A DNA stretch of 64,000 nucleotides from Terriglobales bacterium (GTDB taxonomy: Bacteria > Acidobacteriota > Terriglobia > Bryobacterales > Bryobacteraceae), in contig CAVUYK010000007.1 in assembly GCA_963745655.1 (NCBI GenBank), forward strand, positions 170,985 through 234,984, in the 5' to 3' direction. The first letter of the stretch is position 1. Each line of letters opens with the position of its first letter. Of the stretch, positions 47,704 through 58,707 are shown one piece after another. The notes under the pieces were generated by a model, which ran no database searches, was not told where the DNA came from, and worked only from the letters and a program-made list of their open reading frames with translations. The position numbers and the translations under genes were made by a program.

Positions 47704-50700
47704 AGAACCTCCCCTGAGGATCCATCGGGTGGAGCGAGGATGTCACCAAACTCGCCTTACGCTGCACAATGGCATAGAAGGCCGGCAGGACGGTCAGCGT
47801 CGCGACGGTGGCAAGCATTAGCCCACCAATCACGGCCCGGCCCAGGGGCGCGGTCTGGTCGGCGCCCTCGCCGATGCCCAGAGCGATGGGCAGCATGCCG
47901 GCAATCATCGCGGCGGCCGTCATGAGGATGGCGCGCAGCCTGCCGCGGCCGCCTTCCACCCCCGCATCGAGCACGCTCGAGCCCGCATGGCGGCTGAACT
48001 CCGCGAAGGTCACCAGCAGAATCGAATTCGCCACCGCGATGCCGATGGCCATAATCGCACCCATGAAAGACTGCACGTTCAGCGTGGTCCCCGTCCCCAG
48101 CAGCACGACCAGCACACCCACCAGCACGGCCGGAATGGTGGAAATGACGGCCATCGCCAGGCGGAAAGACTGGAAATTTGCCGCGAGCAGCAGGAAGATG
48201 GCGACAATCGCCAGGCCCAAACCGATGCGCAGCCCGGAAATGGTCTGGTCCAGGGCGGGGATCTGCCCACGGATGGCGACGGTGGAGCCGCGCGGCGGCT
48301 GGCCGGCGCGGGCCACGGCGCTGCGGAGCGCGTCACCTACCTGGCCCAGCGTCTGGCCGTGAATGTTCGCCGTCAGGCTCACCACGCGCTGCATGTTGTA
48401 ACGCTCCACCAGGCCGGATGATTTCGCGACCTTCACCTCGGCCACGTCGCCGAGCCGGGTTCCGTGGGAGGTAATCGGCAACGCGCGAATGTCTTCCACC
48501 GAGCGCATCTCGTTCTGCGGGACCTCCACCTGGATCTGAAACGCATTGCCGCTGGTGGGATCGCGCCAATAGTTGGGATCGACGAAGCGGCTCGAAGAAG
48601 TAGCCGCGACCAGCGAACGCGCCACGGCGGCGGCGGTCAAGCCCAGTTGGCCGGCGCGGTCGCGATCAATGGTGATCTGGAGAGTCGGATAGTCGAGCGG
48701 CTGTGCGTACTGCAGGTCGCGCAACATCGGCAGCCTCGCCAACTCCGTCCGCACTTTTTCGGCGTGCGCCCGGTTCTCGGCGAGGTTCGGCCCCTGCACA
48801 GCAACTTCGATCGGCGTATTCGAACCGAAACTCATTACCCGCGCCACGATATCGCCGGCCTCGAACGAGATCCGCACGCCGGGCATATGTTGGGCGAAGC
48901 GGGCGCGCAACTCCTCCTTCAACTCCTCGCCGCGGAGCTTGGCCTCCGGCTTCAGCGCCACCAGCAGGACGGCCTCGTGCGGGCCGCTGGTCCACAGATA
49001 GATGGTGTTGATCGGATAGCTGGCGGGCTGGACGCCGATGAAGCTGGTGGTGATCTGTACGTTTTCTCTCCCCACGGTGTCGCGGATAATGTCCATGGCC
49101 TGCAACGTCAGCCGCTCGGTGCGCTCAATGCGGGTGCCGGTGGGAGCCTGCAGCCGGAGCTGGATCTGACCGGCGTCCACGGTGGGGAAAATCTCGGTGC
49201 CGATGCGCGGGAACAGGAACCACGTCAGCGCGGCGCAACTGACCAGATAGACCGCCGCCAGCGGCCAACGCAGCCGCATCGTGAAACGGATGTAGCGGGT
49301 GTAGGCTTCGCGAAGGCGGTGGAACAGGCCGGTCTCGGATTCTCCGTGAGGCTTGCGGATGATCCAGGTGGCGAGCACCGGAACCAGCGAGCTCGACAGG
49401 ATGTAGGACGAGATCATGGCGAAGCCGACGGCCAGCGACAGCGGAACGAACAACTGCTGCCCAACTCCGGCCATGAAGAACGACGGCACGAAGACGGCCA
49501 GAATACACAGCATCGCGAGCAGGCGCGGAACCGCGGTCTTGGCCGAGGCGGCCATCACGGCCCAGACCTTCGAGTCGCCCTGGGCCATGTGGGAGTGGAT
49601 GCTCTCGATGAGCACCGTGGCCTCGTCTACTAGAATGCCGACCGCCAGGGCCAGGCCCGCGAGCGTCATGATGTTGATGGTCTGCCCGGCCGCCCAAAGG
49701 CACACCACGGCGGCGAGCAGCGCGAAGGGGATAGTGGTTACCACCACCAGCGCGCTGCGCCAGTCGCGCAGAAACAGCAGCACCATCAGCCCGGTGAGCG
49801 CGGCGCCCAGCAGTGCTTCGCGCACCACCGTCTTCAGCGCGCCGGATACGTAGCCGGACTGGTCGAATTCCAGCCGGACCTCGACGTCCTCGGGGACGGC
49901 CGCCTGCATCTTTGGCAGGGCCTCTTTCACGCGCCGGATGACGTCCAGAGTGGAGGCATCGGAACGCTTGGTGACGGGAATGTAAACGGTGCGCCGGCCG
50001 TTGACGTGAGCGTAGCTGGTGAGAATATCCGTGCCATTCTCGACCCTTCCGACATCGCGGATGTAGACCGTGGGCCCGGCTCCGGTGCGCACGGGCGTGT
50101 TCATGAACTCATCCAGATTCCCGCCCACGGTGGCGTTGGTGGAGGCCATGTAGGCCAGGTCGCCGATGCGCACAACGCCCGAGGGAAGCACCGCGCTGGC
50201 TTTGTTCACCGCCGTCACCACTTCCTCCGGCGACATATGGTAGGCGCGCAACCGCTCCGGATCTACGCGGACGACGATGGTTCTCTGGTTGCCTCCGAAG
50301 GGCGGCGGAGCCGACACACCCGGCAGCGTGGCGAACAGCGGGCGCACGCGGTTGATGGCAAAGTCCTGCATCTCGCCCGGGCTGCGATGGGGGCTGGAGA
50401 AGACCAGTTGGGCGATGGGCACGCTGCCGGCGTCGAAGCGCACCACGAAGGGCGGAACGGCCCCGGGCGGCATGAACGCTCGCGCCCGGTTCACATACGA
50501 CACCACTTCCGCCACGGCCTGGTTCATGTTCGTGCCGGGATGAAACACCAACTTCATCAGTGCCACGCCCTGGATGCTCTTTGATTCGACGTGTTCGATT
50601 CCCGTCACATACAGGAAGTGATACTCGTAGTAGTAAGTGAGGAAGCCCTCCATTTGGGAAGGGTCCATCCCGCCATAAGGCTGCGCCACGAAGATGGTGG

Positions 50701-50827
50701 GCGAGCCCAAGCTTGGAAATATGTCCATCTTCATGCGCATGATGGCGAGCAGGGAAGCCAGCGCAATGGTGATGACGGCCACCAAAACGGCCATCGGCCG
50801 TCGCATGGCTGCGTTTACCAACCACAT
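47690..50827 (-). CDS. RND efflux permease (AcrB family), second system, intact
   Basis: 1045 aa. [23 protein letters not shown] start. 12-TM layout parallel to the 29540-32717 pump. Confidence 0.85.
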   Translation of the reverse strand: MWLVNAAMRRPMAVLVAVITIALASLLAIMRMKMDIFPSLGSPTIFVAQPYGGMDPSQMEGFLTYYYEYHFLYVTGIEHVESKSIQGVALMKLVFHPGTNMNQAVAEVVSYVNRARAFMPPGAVPPFVVRFDAGSVPIAQLVFSSPHRSPGEMQDFAINRVRPLFATLPGVSAPPPFGGNQRTIVVRVDPERLRAYHMSPEEVVTAVNKASAVLPSGVVRIGDLAYMASTNATVGGNLDEFMNTPVRTGAGPTVYIRDVGRVENGTDILTSYAHVNGRRTVYIPVTKRSDASTLDVIRRVKEALPKMQAAVPEDVEVRLEFDQSGYVSGALKTVVREALLGAALTGLMVLLFLRDWRSALVVVTTIPFALLAAVVCLWAAGQTINIMTLAGLALAVGILVDEATVLIESIHSHMAQGDSKVWAVMAASAKTAVPRLLAMLCILAVFVPSFFMAGVGQQLFVPLSLAVGFAMISSYILSSSLVPVLATWIIRKPHGESETGLFHRLREAYTRYIRFTMRLRWPLAAVYLVSCAALTWFLFPRIGTEIFPTVDAGQIQLRLQAPTGTRIERTERLTLQAMDIIRDTVGRENVQITTSFIGVQPASYPINTIYLWTSGPHEAVLLVALKPEAKLRGEELKEELRARFAQHMPGVRISFEAGDIVARVMSFGSNTPIEVAVQGPNLAENRAHAEKVRTELARLPMLRDLQYAQPLDYPTLQITIDRDRAGQLGLTAAAVARSLVAATSSSRFVDPNYWRDPTSGNAFQIQVEVPQNEMRSVEDIRALPITSHGTRLGDVAEVKVAKSSGLVERYNMQRVVSLTANIHGQTLGQVGDALRSAVARAGQPPRGSTVAIRGQIPALDQTISGLRIGLGLAIVAIFLLLAANFQSFRLAMAVISTIPAVLVGVLVVLLGTGTTLNVQSFMGAIMAIGIAVANSILLVTFAEFSRHAGSSVLDAGVEGGRGRLRAILMTAAAMIAGMLPIALGIGEGADQTAPLGRAVIGGLMLATVATLTVLPAFYAIVQRKASLVTSSLHPMDPQGRFYEPR

Positions 50828-50857
50828 AATCCGGTTCCCCCTGGCATCGCCTCGCGG

Positions 50858-52226
50858 CTATCGGCCGGCCTGTTGCAGGAACGGCTCCAGATCGCCCTCC
50901 GCCATTCGCATGCCCAGGATGGCTCGCCACACTGCGAGCCGGGCGATGCTGTCCTCGATTTCCGCCTGCGTGACCAGGCGTTGCGCATCCGCCACTTCGA
51001 TCAACGTGCCGAGCCCGGCTTTGTATCGCGCGGCCGCCTGCCGCTCCGCGTCGTGGGCGGCGTCGAGCTGGACAGGCGTATTCCGAGCCACTCTGCGCGC
51101 CCCTTCGAACGCGGCCCGGGAGCGCGACAGGGCCGCCGAAAGATCCTGGCGGGTTTGCGCATAGCGGGCGGTTTCGGCACGCTCCTGGTGAAAGGCAATC
51201 TCTTTGCGCGCTTTGAGAGAGGGTAAGTCCAGAAGCGAAAACGTCATTCCAAAGCCCACACCCCAGTTGTGGATGTTGGGCCCCAGACCCGAGACGCCGG
51301 CGAGGGTGGTCCCGTCCGTCATCGCGCCGGTGCCGCGGCCGTAGACGGCGCCCAGGACGTTGAAACGCGGGAAGTAGGATTTATCGAGCACGCGCCGGGA
51401 TGCTTCCACCTCCTGGATGGCCGCGCTTTGTTCGGCGAGAAGTGGATGGCTGGGGGAGGGCCCGGACGGCGCAGCCGCCTCCGGAGGCGCATCGAGAAGC
51501 CTGCCGGGCTGGACGGAGATTCGATCCGGCGCGGCGCCGACAAACTGGCACAGCGAGGCCTTGGCAACCTCGATCGCCTGCTGTGCCTGAATCCACTGCG
51601 TTTCGGCGGCGGCGGCTTCGGCCCGGGCGCGGCTCGAATCCGCGCCCGGCCGCAACTCGACCTTGACGAGTGCTGCCACCGTTTCCTGGAGAATCTTGGC
51701 TCGCCGCACACCCGCTTCGGCCGCGATGGCGGTCTGTTGCGCGGCGACCAGGGTGAGAAAAGCGTCGGCGGCGGCAGCCGCGATCTCGAAACGTGTTCGG
51801 GCCACCGCCGCCTCAGCCCGCTTGCGGCCGGCCTCGGCCTGTGCCACGTTCGAACTTCTCAAACCGAAGTCGAAGGGCTCCCAGGAAGCCTGCAGACCCC
51901 ACCGCGCTTCCCCACACCGAGTCCGCGCTGTTGGTGCCGAGAACCGGGCCCGAGATGCCGGGTATGCCGGACGGCGCGAACAGCATTCCGAAGACGTTGT
52001 TACGCGTTGCGCGATTGGCCTGCGCCGAGAAATCCAACCGCGGCAAGTACGCCGTCCGCGCGAGGTTGACCGCTCCGGCCGCCGCCGCCATCTTCTCCAG
52101 CGAGACTTTCGTGGCAGGATAGCGGTCCAGTGCTTCGCCGACGGCCTGAGGCAACGTGTAGGGCTGGCCGGCCAGGGCGCCCGCCAGGAAGGCTCCCATG
52201 CAACCGGCCCGCAGCATTCGATTCAT
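50858..52226 (-). CDS. TolC-family outer-membrane efflux protein, interrupted by one apparent frameshift near 51898
   Basis: The N-terminus (ORF 51813..52226: signal GAFLAGALAG, LPQAVGEALDRYP, NLARTAYLPRLDF) joins ORF 50858..51862 (LQASWEPFDFGLRSSNVAQAEAG...). The junction lies in a GGGG run on the coding strand. Confidence 0.75.
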
Positions 52227-52337
52227 CTGTCAGGATGCTCCCAGCAACCAGAGGGGACCGGGTCCGTCCACCCCTAGATCATGCGATTCGCCAGGCGCCT
52301 CGCGGGATGCATGTTTTTCTTGCGTCCCTGAATATCG

Positions 52338-52754
52338 ATGGCCGATTACGACGTTCGTTATAAAGACTTGACAGTGAACCGGAACCTCGACGAAAATCGC
52401 TATGTGGACTGCAAGGATTCCCCACTCGTTCGCGAGATCCTGCTCAGTTTTTGGAAGATTCACATTCTCCACCATGCCGGCGAAGGCACGGTGTACGGAC
52501 AGTGGATGATAGAGGAGCTGCGCCGCCACGGATACGACATCAGCCCCGGCACGCTTTATCCGCTGCTGCGCCGCATGGAGCGCAGCGGCTGGATCAAACC
52601 TGTGAAGGCGCGCCGCGCGGGCGCTCGCGAGCGGTGCGAATACCGGCTCACCAGACTGGGCTCCCAGGCTCTCGAATTGATCCGCGCACAGCTCCACGAG
52701 TTGTACCGCGAAGTCGCGCGGAGGCCGGGAAAGCGGAGAGGGCGCACCGCCTAG
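52338..52754 (+). CDS. PadR-family transcriptional regulator (divergent from second RND operon)
   Basis: ILLSFWKIHILHHAGEGTVYGQWMIEELRRHGYDISPGTLYPLLRRMERSGWI is a canonical PadR winged helix. Confidence 0.8.
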   Translation: MADYDVRYKDLTVNRNLDENRYVDCKDSPLVREILLSFWKIHILHHAGEGTVYGQWMIEELRRHGYDISPGTLYPLLRRMERSGWIKPVKARRAGARERCEYRLTRLGSQALELIRAQLHELYREVARRPGKRRGRTA

Positions 52755-52900
52755 GGTGATGCGGCGGAAATGCCGCCCGGTATCGGTACTGCGCGCAAAA
52801 TGGGGACTGGCTCGAATTTCGCTGCTTTTGCGAAACTTCGTGCCTGTACCCGATTTTGCTCACCGGGCATCTTACTCCTCAATATCTGCGCCGCACTCCA

Positions 52901-54243
52901 CTAGCGTGGCCGGAGCGCCGCCTGCCAGCGCGAAACCAACGTGGAGAGTTCGTCCACCAGGTTCGGATGCAGGTGACGCAGGTTCTGGGTTTCTCCAGGA
53001 TCAACTGCCAGGTTCGACAGAAACATCGCGTCGTCCCCGGTCGAGAGGTTTCGCGCCGTCGCCGACTTCGGTCGAACGGCTTACCGCCGATCACCAGCTT
53101 CCACGTCCCGCGCCGTACGGCGAGCTGCCCACCCTGGCTCCAGAAGATGGCGTCGTGCGGCGATTTGGCGCCCTGCGCGGCGAGGTCCAGGATGTCGCTG
53201 CCGTCCACGCCCGGCGCCGATGCTCCGATGGCGCGGCCGACGGTTGGCAGGATGTCCATGGACATGGCCACTTCCCCGCACCTCGCGCCGCCGTGGATGC
53301 GCGCGGGCCAGCTCAGCATGGCGGGCACATGCATGCCGCCGTCGAACAGGCTGAATTTGAATCCGCGCAAGACGCCGTTGTTGCCCGCTGTGGCGTACTC
53401 CTGGTTCAAGCCGGCGCGCTTCTCAACGGTGGCCCCGTTGTCGCCCACCAGAAAGATGAGCGTGTCGCGGAGCTGAGCGTTGCGCTCGAGCGCCTTCCGG
53501 ATTTCGCCCACTCCATCGTCCACCGCCGCGATCATGGCCGCATAGATGCGCCGCTCCAGCGGCAGGTGAGCGAACCGGCGCGTGTACTTTTCCGGCGCGT
53601 GCATGGGGTAGTGCGGCGCGTTGTAGGCCACGTAAGCCAGAAACGGATGGTTCCGGTTTCGATGGATGAATGCGACGGACTCTTCCGTGATGCGCTCGGT
53701 GAGATAGCGGCCGTTCTCGAACACTTCCTCGCGATTGCGCCACAGATCGTGGAAATTTACGCGCCGCGGCTCACCCCAGTAGACGCGGTGCGAGTAGTAG
53801 TCCACGCAGCCGTCGTGAAAGCCGTAGAAGTAATCGAAGCCGTGGGCGTTCGGGCAGGTCGCATCGGTATGGCCCAGGTGCCACTTCCCGATGGCCGCCG
53901 TCCGGTAGCCGCGGCTGCGGGCCACGGTACCGAGCGTCGGAATGCCCGGCGTCAGTTCGCCGCCATTGTCCGGCACGCCCGCCCGGGCCGGATAACGTCC
54001 GCTCAGGATCGCGGCGCGCGCCGGAGCGCACACCGGCGCGTTGGAGTACCAGTTCGTGAACTGGACGCCGTTCGCGGCCAGCGCGTCGATGTTGGGCGTC
54101 TTCAGGTCCGCCGCGCCTTGGCATCCGAGATCGTGATTGCCCAAATCGTCCATCACAATCACCATCACGTTGGGACGCGCGCCCTCGGAGGCCGCCGCCG
54201 CGGGCAGTGCCGCGGCCCCGCTCAACCACTCCCGGCGTGTCAT
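52901..54243 (-). CDS. Exported arylsulfatase-family sulfatase (formylglycine type), interrupted by one apparent frameshift at ~53040-53095
   Basis: Start MTRREWLSGAAALPAAAAS. NVMVIVMDDLG. CAPARAAILSGRYP provides the CxPxR motif. After WKLVIGGK... the natural C-terminus DDAMFLSNLAVDPGETQNLRHLHPNLVDELSTLVSRWQAALRPR* is in another frame, ending TAG 52901-52903. Confidence 0.75.
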
Positions 54244-55490
54244 CGTGCCGGTTTCTTGTAGGTGAACTTCGTCCAATCCACCGCCGCCCTTCCGTTCAAG
54301 TCCCACTCGACGGCGCCGTTGTGAATGGTGACTTCGGCCACCAACCGGCGCGTGCCCGCCATGCGCGCGCCCGACGAGTCGACGAATCCGAACGTCCCCT
54401 CCTCCAGGCGCAGGATGGTCACGTCCGCGAGGGCGCCTTCGCTCAAATGCCCCAGCTCTACGTGCTTAATGGTTTGCGCGGGAGTCCATGTGGACATGCG
54501 AATCACGCTGGGGAGCGGTACACCCAGGGTCAGCATTTTCGACATCACGTTGGTCATGTCCTTCATGCCGGCGTTCATGCTGCCCACGTGCAGGTCCGTC
54601 GAAATGGTATCCGGCGCAAAGCCCTGGCGCAGGGCCGGCACCGCGATGTTCCAGTTGAAGCTCCCCCCGCCGTGGCCGACGTCGAACAGAATGCCGCGCC
54701 TGCGTCCCACGATCATGGCGGGATTCACCTTGCCGTCGGCGCCGATTTCGCCGCGCAGACCCGAGTAACAGTGCGTGTAAATATCGCCGGGCCGCAGTTT
54801 CTCGCCGAGCAGCACAGCCAGGGTGCGCTCGCGCGCAACCGCGCCGAAGTCCACCATCACGGGGATATTGGCCAACTTGCCCGCCGCCACGCTCTGGTCG
54901 ATGGAGTGCCAGCCCGGACCCGCGTAGTGCGCCGTCTTCACGCCCACCACCACGCCGGGATTCTGCCGGGCCACGCGCGCCAACTCTTGCGGCCGCATGG
55001 TGGCCGGATCGTCCTCGCCCGCCGGACTCATGCCGTCGGCCACAATATTGACGAACGCCAGCACGCGCGTCTTGGCGCGGTCGATCACGCGCTGGCGGAA
55101 ATCGGCGAAGTTGCGCCACCCGGACGACCCGGCGTCCACCATGGTGGTGACGCCGGAGCGGAACGAAAACGAATCCGGATAGACGCTGCTGTCGCCCGTC
55201 AACGCCTTGATGCCGGTGCCCGCGTAGACGTGTACGTGGATGTCGATGAGCCCCGGCGTGACGTAGAGTCCCGCCGCGTGGATGACTCTGGCGGCGCGCG
55301 CCGCCGGCAGGTCCTGGGCCACGCGCGCGATCTTTCCGTGCGCGATGGCCACGTCGCGCGGCGAGTCGATGCCGTTCTTGGGGTCGATCACCCGGCCGCC
55401 TTTGATGAGCAGGTCCCATTCGGCCGCGGGCGCCGCGAGGGCGCACAGGGCGAGAACGCCAGCCAGCAAGAGAGAGTTGCGCGATGTCAT
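54240..55490 (-). CDS. Exported amidohydrolase/deacetylase-family metallohydrolase (dihydroorotase-like fold)
   Basis: 416 aa. Signal LLLAGVLALCALAAPAAEW. LLIKGGRVIDP...VTPGLIDIHVHVY provides the HxH metal site. ATGA overlap with the sulfatase start. Confidence 0.75.
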   Translation of the reverse strand: MTSRNSLLLAGVLALCALAAPAAEWDLLIKGGRVIDPKNGIDSPRDVAIAHGKIARVAQDLPAARAARVIHAAGLYVTPGLIDIHVHVYAGTGIKALTGDSSVYPDSFSFRSGVTTMVDAGSSGWRNFADFRQRVIDRAKTRVLAFVNIVADGMSPAGEDDPATMRPQELARVARQNPGVVVGVKTAHYAGPGWHSIDQSVAAGKLANIPVMVDFGAVARERTLAVLLGEKLRPGDIYTHCYSGLRGEIGADGKVNPAMIVGRRRGILFDVGHGGGSFNWNIAVPALRQGFAPDTISTDLHVGSMNAGMKDMTNVMSKMLTLGVPLPSVIRMSTWTPAQTIKHVELGHLSEGALADVTILRLEEGTFGFVDSSGARMAGTRRLVAEVTIHNGAVEWDLNGRAAVDWTKFTYKKPAR

Positions 55491-55529
55491 TAAGTGTTAT
55501 GTTCTTGAAATATCGCACGGAGGTCAAGT

Positions 55530-56739
55530 ATGTTCAGCCGAAGAACTCTGATCGAGGCGCTCACGCGCGCTCCCCTGCTCGGCGCCGCGCTGCCGGCCTG
55601 GGCCGCTTCGTCCAGGAAGAACCGCGTTCCGGACTATCTCAAGGATCTCGGCGTCAAACCCTTCCTCAACGCCGCCGGCACCTACACGTCGCTCACGTCC
55701 TCTCTGATGCCGCCGGAAGTTTTGGACGCGATGCGCTACGCATCCAGCCACTATGTACACTTGACCAAGCTGCAGGACGCGGTGGGCGCGCGCATTGCCT
55801 CCCTGGTGGGCGCCGAAGCCGCCATGGTTACCTCCGGCGCCGCCGGAGCGCTGATGGTGGGCACGGCGGCCTGCCTCACCGGCCCGGATCCGGAAAAGAT
55901 ACTGCGCATCCCCGATCTCACGCTCATGAAAAGCGAAGTGCTGGTGCAGAAGAACCATCGCTACGCCTACGATCATTCGGTCCGCGCCACGGGCGTTCGC
56001 ATGATCGAAATCGAAACCGTGGAGGAACTCGAGCACGCCATTTCGACCCGCACCGCCATGCTGCACTTCTATTGCGACGCCGAGCCGCGCGGCGCCATCA
56101 CGGCGGCCGATTGGGCGGCGCTCGGCAAGAAGCACCGCATCCCCACCTTCGCCGACGCGGCCGACGTGCTGCCGCCGGTGGACCATCTTTCCCGCTATCT
56201 CAAGCTGGGATTCGATCTGGTGTGCTTCTCCGGAGGCAAGGCCATTCGCGGTCCGCAAAGCGCGGGGTTGCTATTGGGACGAAAAGACCTCATCGAGGCC
56301 GCGCGCCTCAACACCTCACCCAACTCCGACACCATCGCCCGCGGCATGAAGGTCAACAAGGAGGAGATGCTCGGCATGTTGGTGGCTCTGGAACTCTACC
56401 TGAAGCGAGACCACGCCGCCGACCTGCGGCGAGTGGGAGCGCCGCGTGGACACCATCGCGCGCGCCGTGAAGAAAGTGAAGAGCGTCGAAACCGAAATTT
56501 ACGTGCCGCCGGTGGCCAATCACGTGCCGCACTTGCGGATCCGCTGGGACCCCAGCGTGGTGCGCCTGACGCCCATGGAGGTCAAGCAAAAGCTTGCCGA
56601 GGGCGACCCCGCCATCGAGGCCTGCCCCGCCACCAACGCCACGGAACTGGTCTTCGGCGTTTGGATGCTGCAACCCGGCGACGCCGAGATGGTCGCCCGC
56701 CGCACCGCCGATTTGCTCCGCGGCGCCGCTCAGATGTAA
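55530..56739 (+). CDS. Tat-exported SelA-like PLP-dependent enzyme (L-seryl-tRNA(Sec) selenium transferase / DgaE-like fold), interrupted by one apparent frameshift near 56430
   Basis: FSRRTLIEALTRAPLLGAALPAWAAS leader. NAAGTYTSLTSSLMPPEVLDAM. FSGGKAIRGPQSAGLLLGRKDLI has the PLP-lysine context of SelA-family enzymes. After ...YLKRDHAADLR the reading continues in the +1 frame as EWERRVDTIARAVKKVKSVETEIYVP... Confidence 0.65.
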
Positions 56740-57182
56740 GCGATCACGTCGATCTCGACCAGCGAGTTGCCTGGGATGCCGCCCGCGGCCGCGATGGTGG
56801 TCCGTACGGGCGGCTCGGCGCCGAAGCGGCCGAGGAAGACTTCGTTCATCCCGGCGTAGTCTTTCAGGTCGTTGAGATAGACGTTGCACTTCAAGACCTT
56901 TTCCATCGACGAGCCCGCGTTCTCCAGTTCTTTCTGTACCTCGTCGAGCACGTGTTTGGTGTGCGCCTTGATATCGCCCTCGAAATGCGCGCCCTTGCCC
57001 GCGATAAACAGCAGGTTGCCGTAGCTGACCGCGCCGGAAAACAGCGGCGTCTTGGCCGGCTTCTTCCCTCCGCTGTAGTGCACTTTCTTTTGGGGTGCGC
57101 CCGTGGGGCTGGCCTTGGCGGCCACCGGAACCGCGGCGGCGCCCGCCAGGGCGGCGCCGAACGCACGCCGGGATCTTGTCAT
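56730..57182 (-). CDS. Exported RidA/YjgF/L-PSP-family protein (enamine/imine deaminase fold)
   Basis: 150 aa. MTRSRRAFGAALAGAAAVPVAA leader. FSGAVSYGNLLFIAGKG...VLKCNVYLNDLKDYAGMNEVF...PVRTTIAAAGIPGNSLVEIDVIAYI is a typical RidA core. Confidence 0.8.
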   Translation of the reverse strand: MTRSRRAFGAALAGAAAVPVAAKASPTGAPQKKVHYSGGKKPAKTPLFSGAVSYGNLLFIAGKGAHFEGDIKAHTKHVLDEVQKELENAGSSMEKVLKCNVYLNDLKDYAGMNEVFLGRFGAEPPVRTTIAAAGGIPGNSLVEIDVIAYI

Positions 57183-57297
57183 GTCGAGCCTCCTCTAATG
57201 GAGTGTACTCCCGGACGGGCCCGGGCCGGCCTACCGCGAGACCGTCCGGCCAGCGCTCCCGGCCGCAGGCGCGATATTGTCGGGAGCGCTCTCTTGA

Positions 57298-58443
57298 ATG
57301 TGTCATCCTGTGAACTTGACTACACGACGACAACTGCTTACCCAGACCAGCGCCGTCTTCGCGCTGGCCGGACGCGCCATGGCGCAGCCGCGTGTTCGCA
57401 TAGAATCCATCGACGTGATCTCGCGGGAGCCGGAATACTATTGCGGATGGCCGACCTTGGCGCGGCGCGCCAACGGAGAGCTTCTGGCCGTGTGGTCGGG
57501 CGGGCGCGAAAGGCACGTGTGTCCGTTCGGCCGCGTCGAGATGATGCGCTCGCGCGATGGCGGCCGCACTTGGAGTTGGCCGCAAATCCTGATGGACACG
57601 CCCATCGACGACCGCGACGCCGGCGTACTGGTTACCGCCAAAGGCAGCCTCCTGGTTACGACGTTTACTTCTCTGGCCTATGAGAAGAGTCTCGAAAATA
57701 CCTCCGATTGGCCCGCTGAACGGTTGGAACGCTGGCAGGCGTTTCAACGCGGCACCACCGAGGCGGAACGCAAGAGCCTGCTGGGCACCTGGATGCTGCG
57801 CTCGACCGACGGCGGCTTGACCTGGTCGGCGCCCTATCGCGTTCCGGTGAACAGCCCTCACGGCCCTATCGCGCTCAGCGACGGGCGCCTGTTCTACGCC
57901 GGCAAGCAATTGTGGAGCGACGAAAAGGTGTGCGCCGTCTGCGAATCCACCGACGACGGATTGAGTTGGCGCTGGCTGGCCCAACTTCCGGTGCGCGCCG
58001 GCGACACGGTGGACGGCTACCACGAGTTGCACGCGGTCGAGACCGCCGGCCAGCGCATCCTGGTGCAAATCCGCAATCACAACAAAGTCAACGCCCGCGA
58101 GACGCTACAGTGCGAATCCTCCGACGGCGGCAAGACCTGGTCCGAGCCGCGCGCCATCGGCGTGTGGGGCCTGCCGTCACACCTCGTGCGGCTGGGCGAC
58201 GCCCGGCTGCTGATGACCTACGGATACCGCCGCGCGCCGTTCGGCAACCAGGCGCGTTTGAGCGAAGATCATGGCCGCACCTGGTCGCAGCCGCTCACTA
58301 TTTCCGGCGACGGCGCGAGCGGCGACCTGGGTTATCCTTCCACCGTCGAGCTGGCCGCCGGCCAATTCGCGACGCTGTGGTACGAGCGCCTGAAAACGTC
58401 GCCCAAAGCCGTACTGCGCCTGGCGCGCTGGACTCTGGCATAA
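57298..58443 (+). CDS. Exported BNR/Asp-box repeat sialidase-like glycoside hydrolase (GH33-like beta-propeller)
   Basis: TTRRQLLTQTSAVFALAGRAMA leader. Five Asp-box SxDxGxTW motifs: SRDGGRTWS, STDGGLTWS, STDDGLSWR, SSDGGKTWS, SEDHGRTWS. Confidence 0.8.
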   Translation: MCHPVNLTTRRQLLTQTSAVFALAGRAMAQPRVRIESIDVISREPEYYCGWPTLARRANGELLAVWSGGRERHVCPFGRVEMMRSRDGGRTWSWPQILMDTPIDDRDAGVLVTAKGSLLVTTFTSLAYEKSLENTSDWPAERLERWQAFQRGTTEAERKSLLGTWMLRSTDGGLTWSAPYRVPVNSPHGPIALSDGRLFYAGKQLWSDEKVCAVCESTDDGLSWRWLAQLPVRAGDTVDGYHELHAVETAGQRILVQIRNHNKVNARETLQCESSDGGKTWSEPRAIGVWGLPSHLVRLGDARLLMTYGYRRAPFGNQARLSEDHGRTWSQPLTISGDGASGDLGYPSTVELAAGQFATLWYERLKTSPKAVLRLARWTLA

Positions 58444-58707
58444 GGCGCCCCCGCCGTCGCCCGGCAAACGGAAGCTCAGCCCTTCCGACAATTGCGTCCG
58501 AAAGGATTATTCCCGGCCGATGCGGAGCAGCGCGGCGCCCCAGCTACGCGGAGGATTCTCGATATCGGCGGGATCGAACGCGTAAAGATCCTTGGGTGGG
58601 GGGGGGCATTCGTAGCTGCTCCATCCAACTCAAATACCTTAGAGCAAACCAGCCGGGGCGCAGGGGCGGTACAATGATAAAAGCAGTTTGTTTATCGAGC
58701 CCTCCAA

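Noticed and set aside
58444-58707. Possible cobalamin or SAM riboswitch in the long region upstream of the B12-binding radical SAM gene
   Set aside because: I could not find a B12-box-like core or SAM-I/II conserved segments by eye. The possibility remains open only for a covariance-model scan (Infernal/Rfam).
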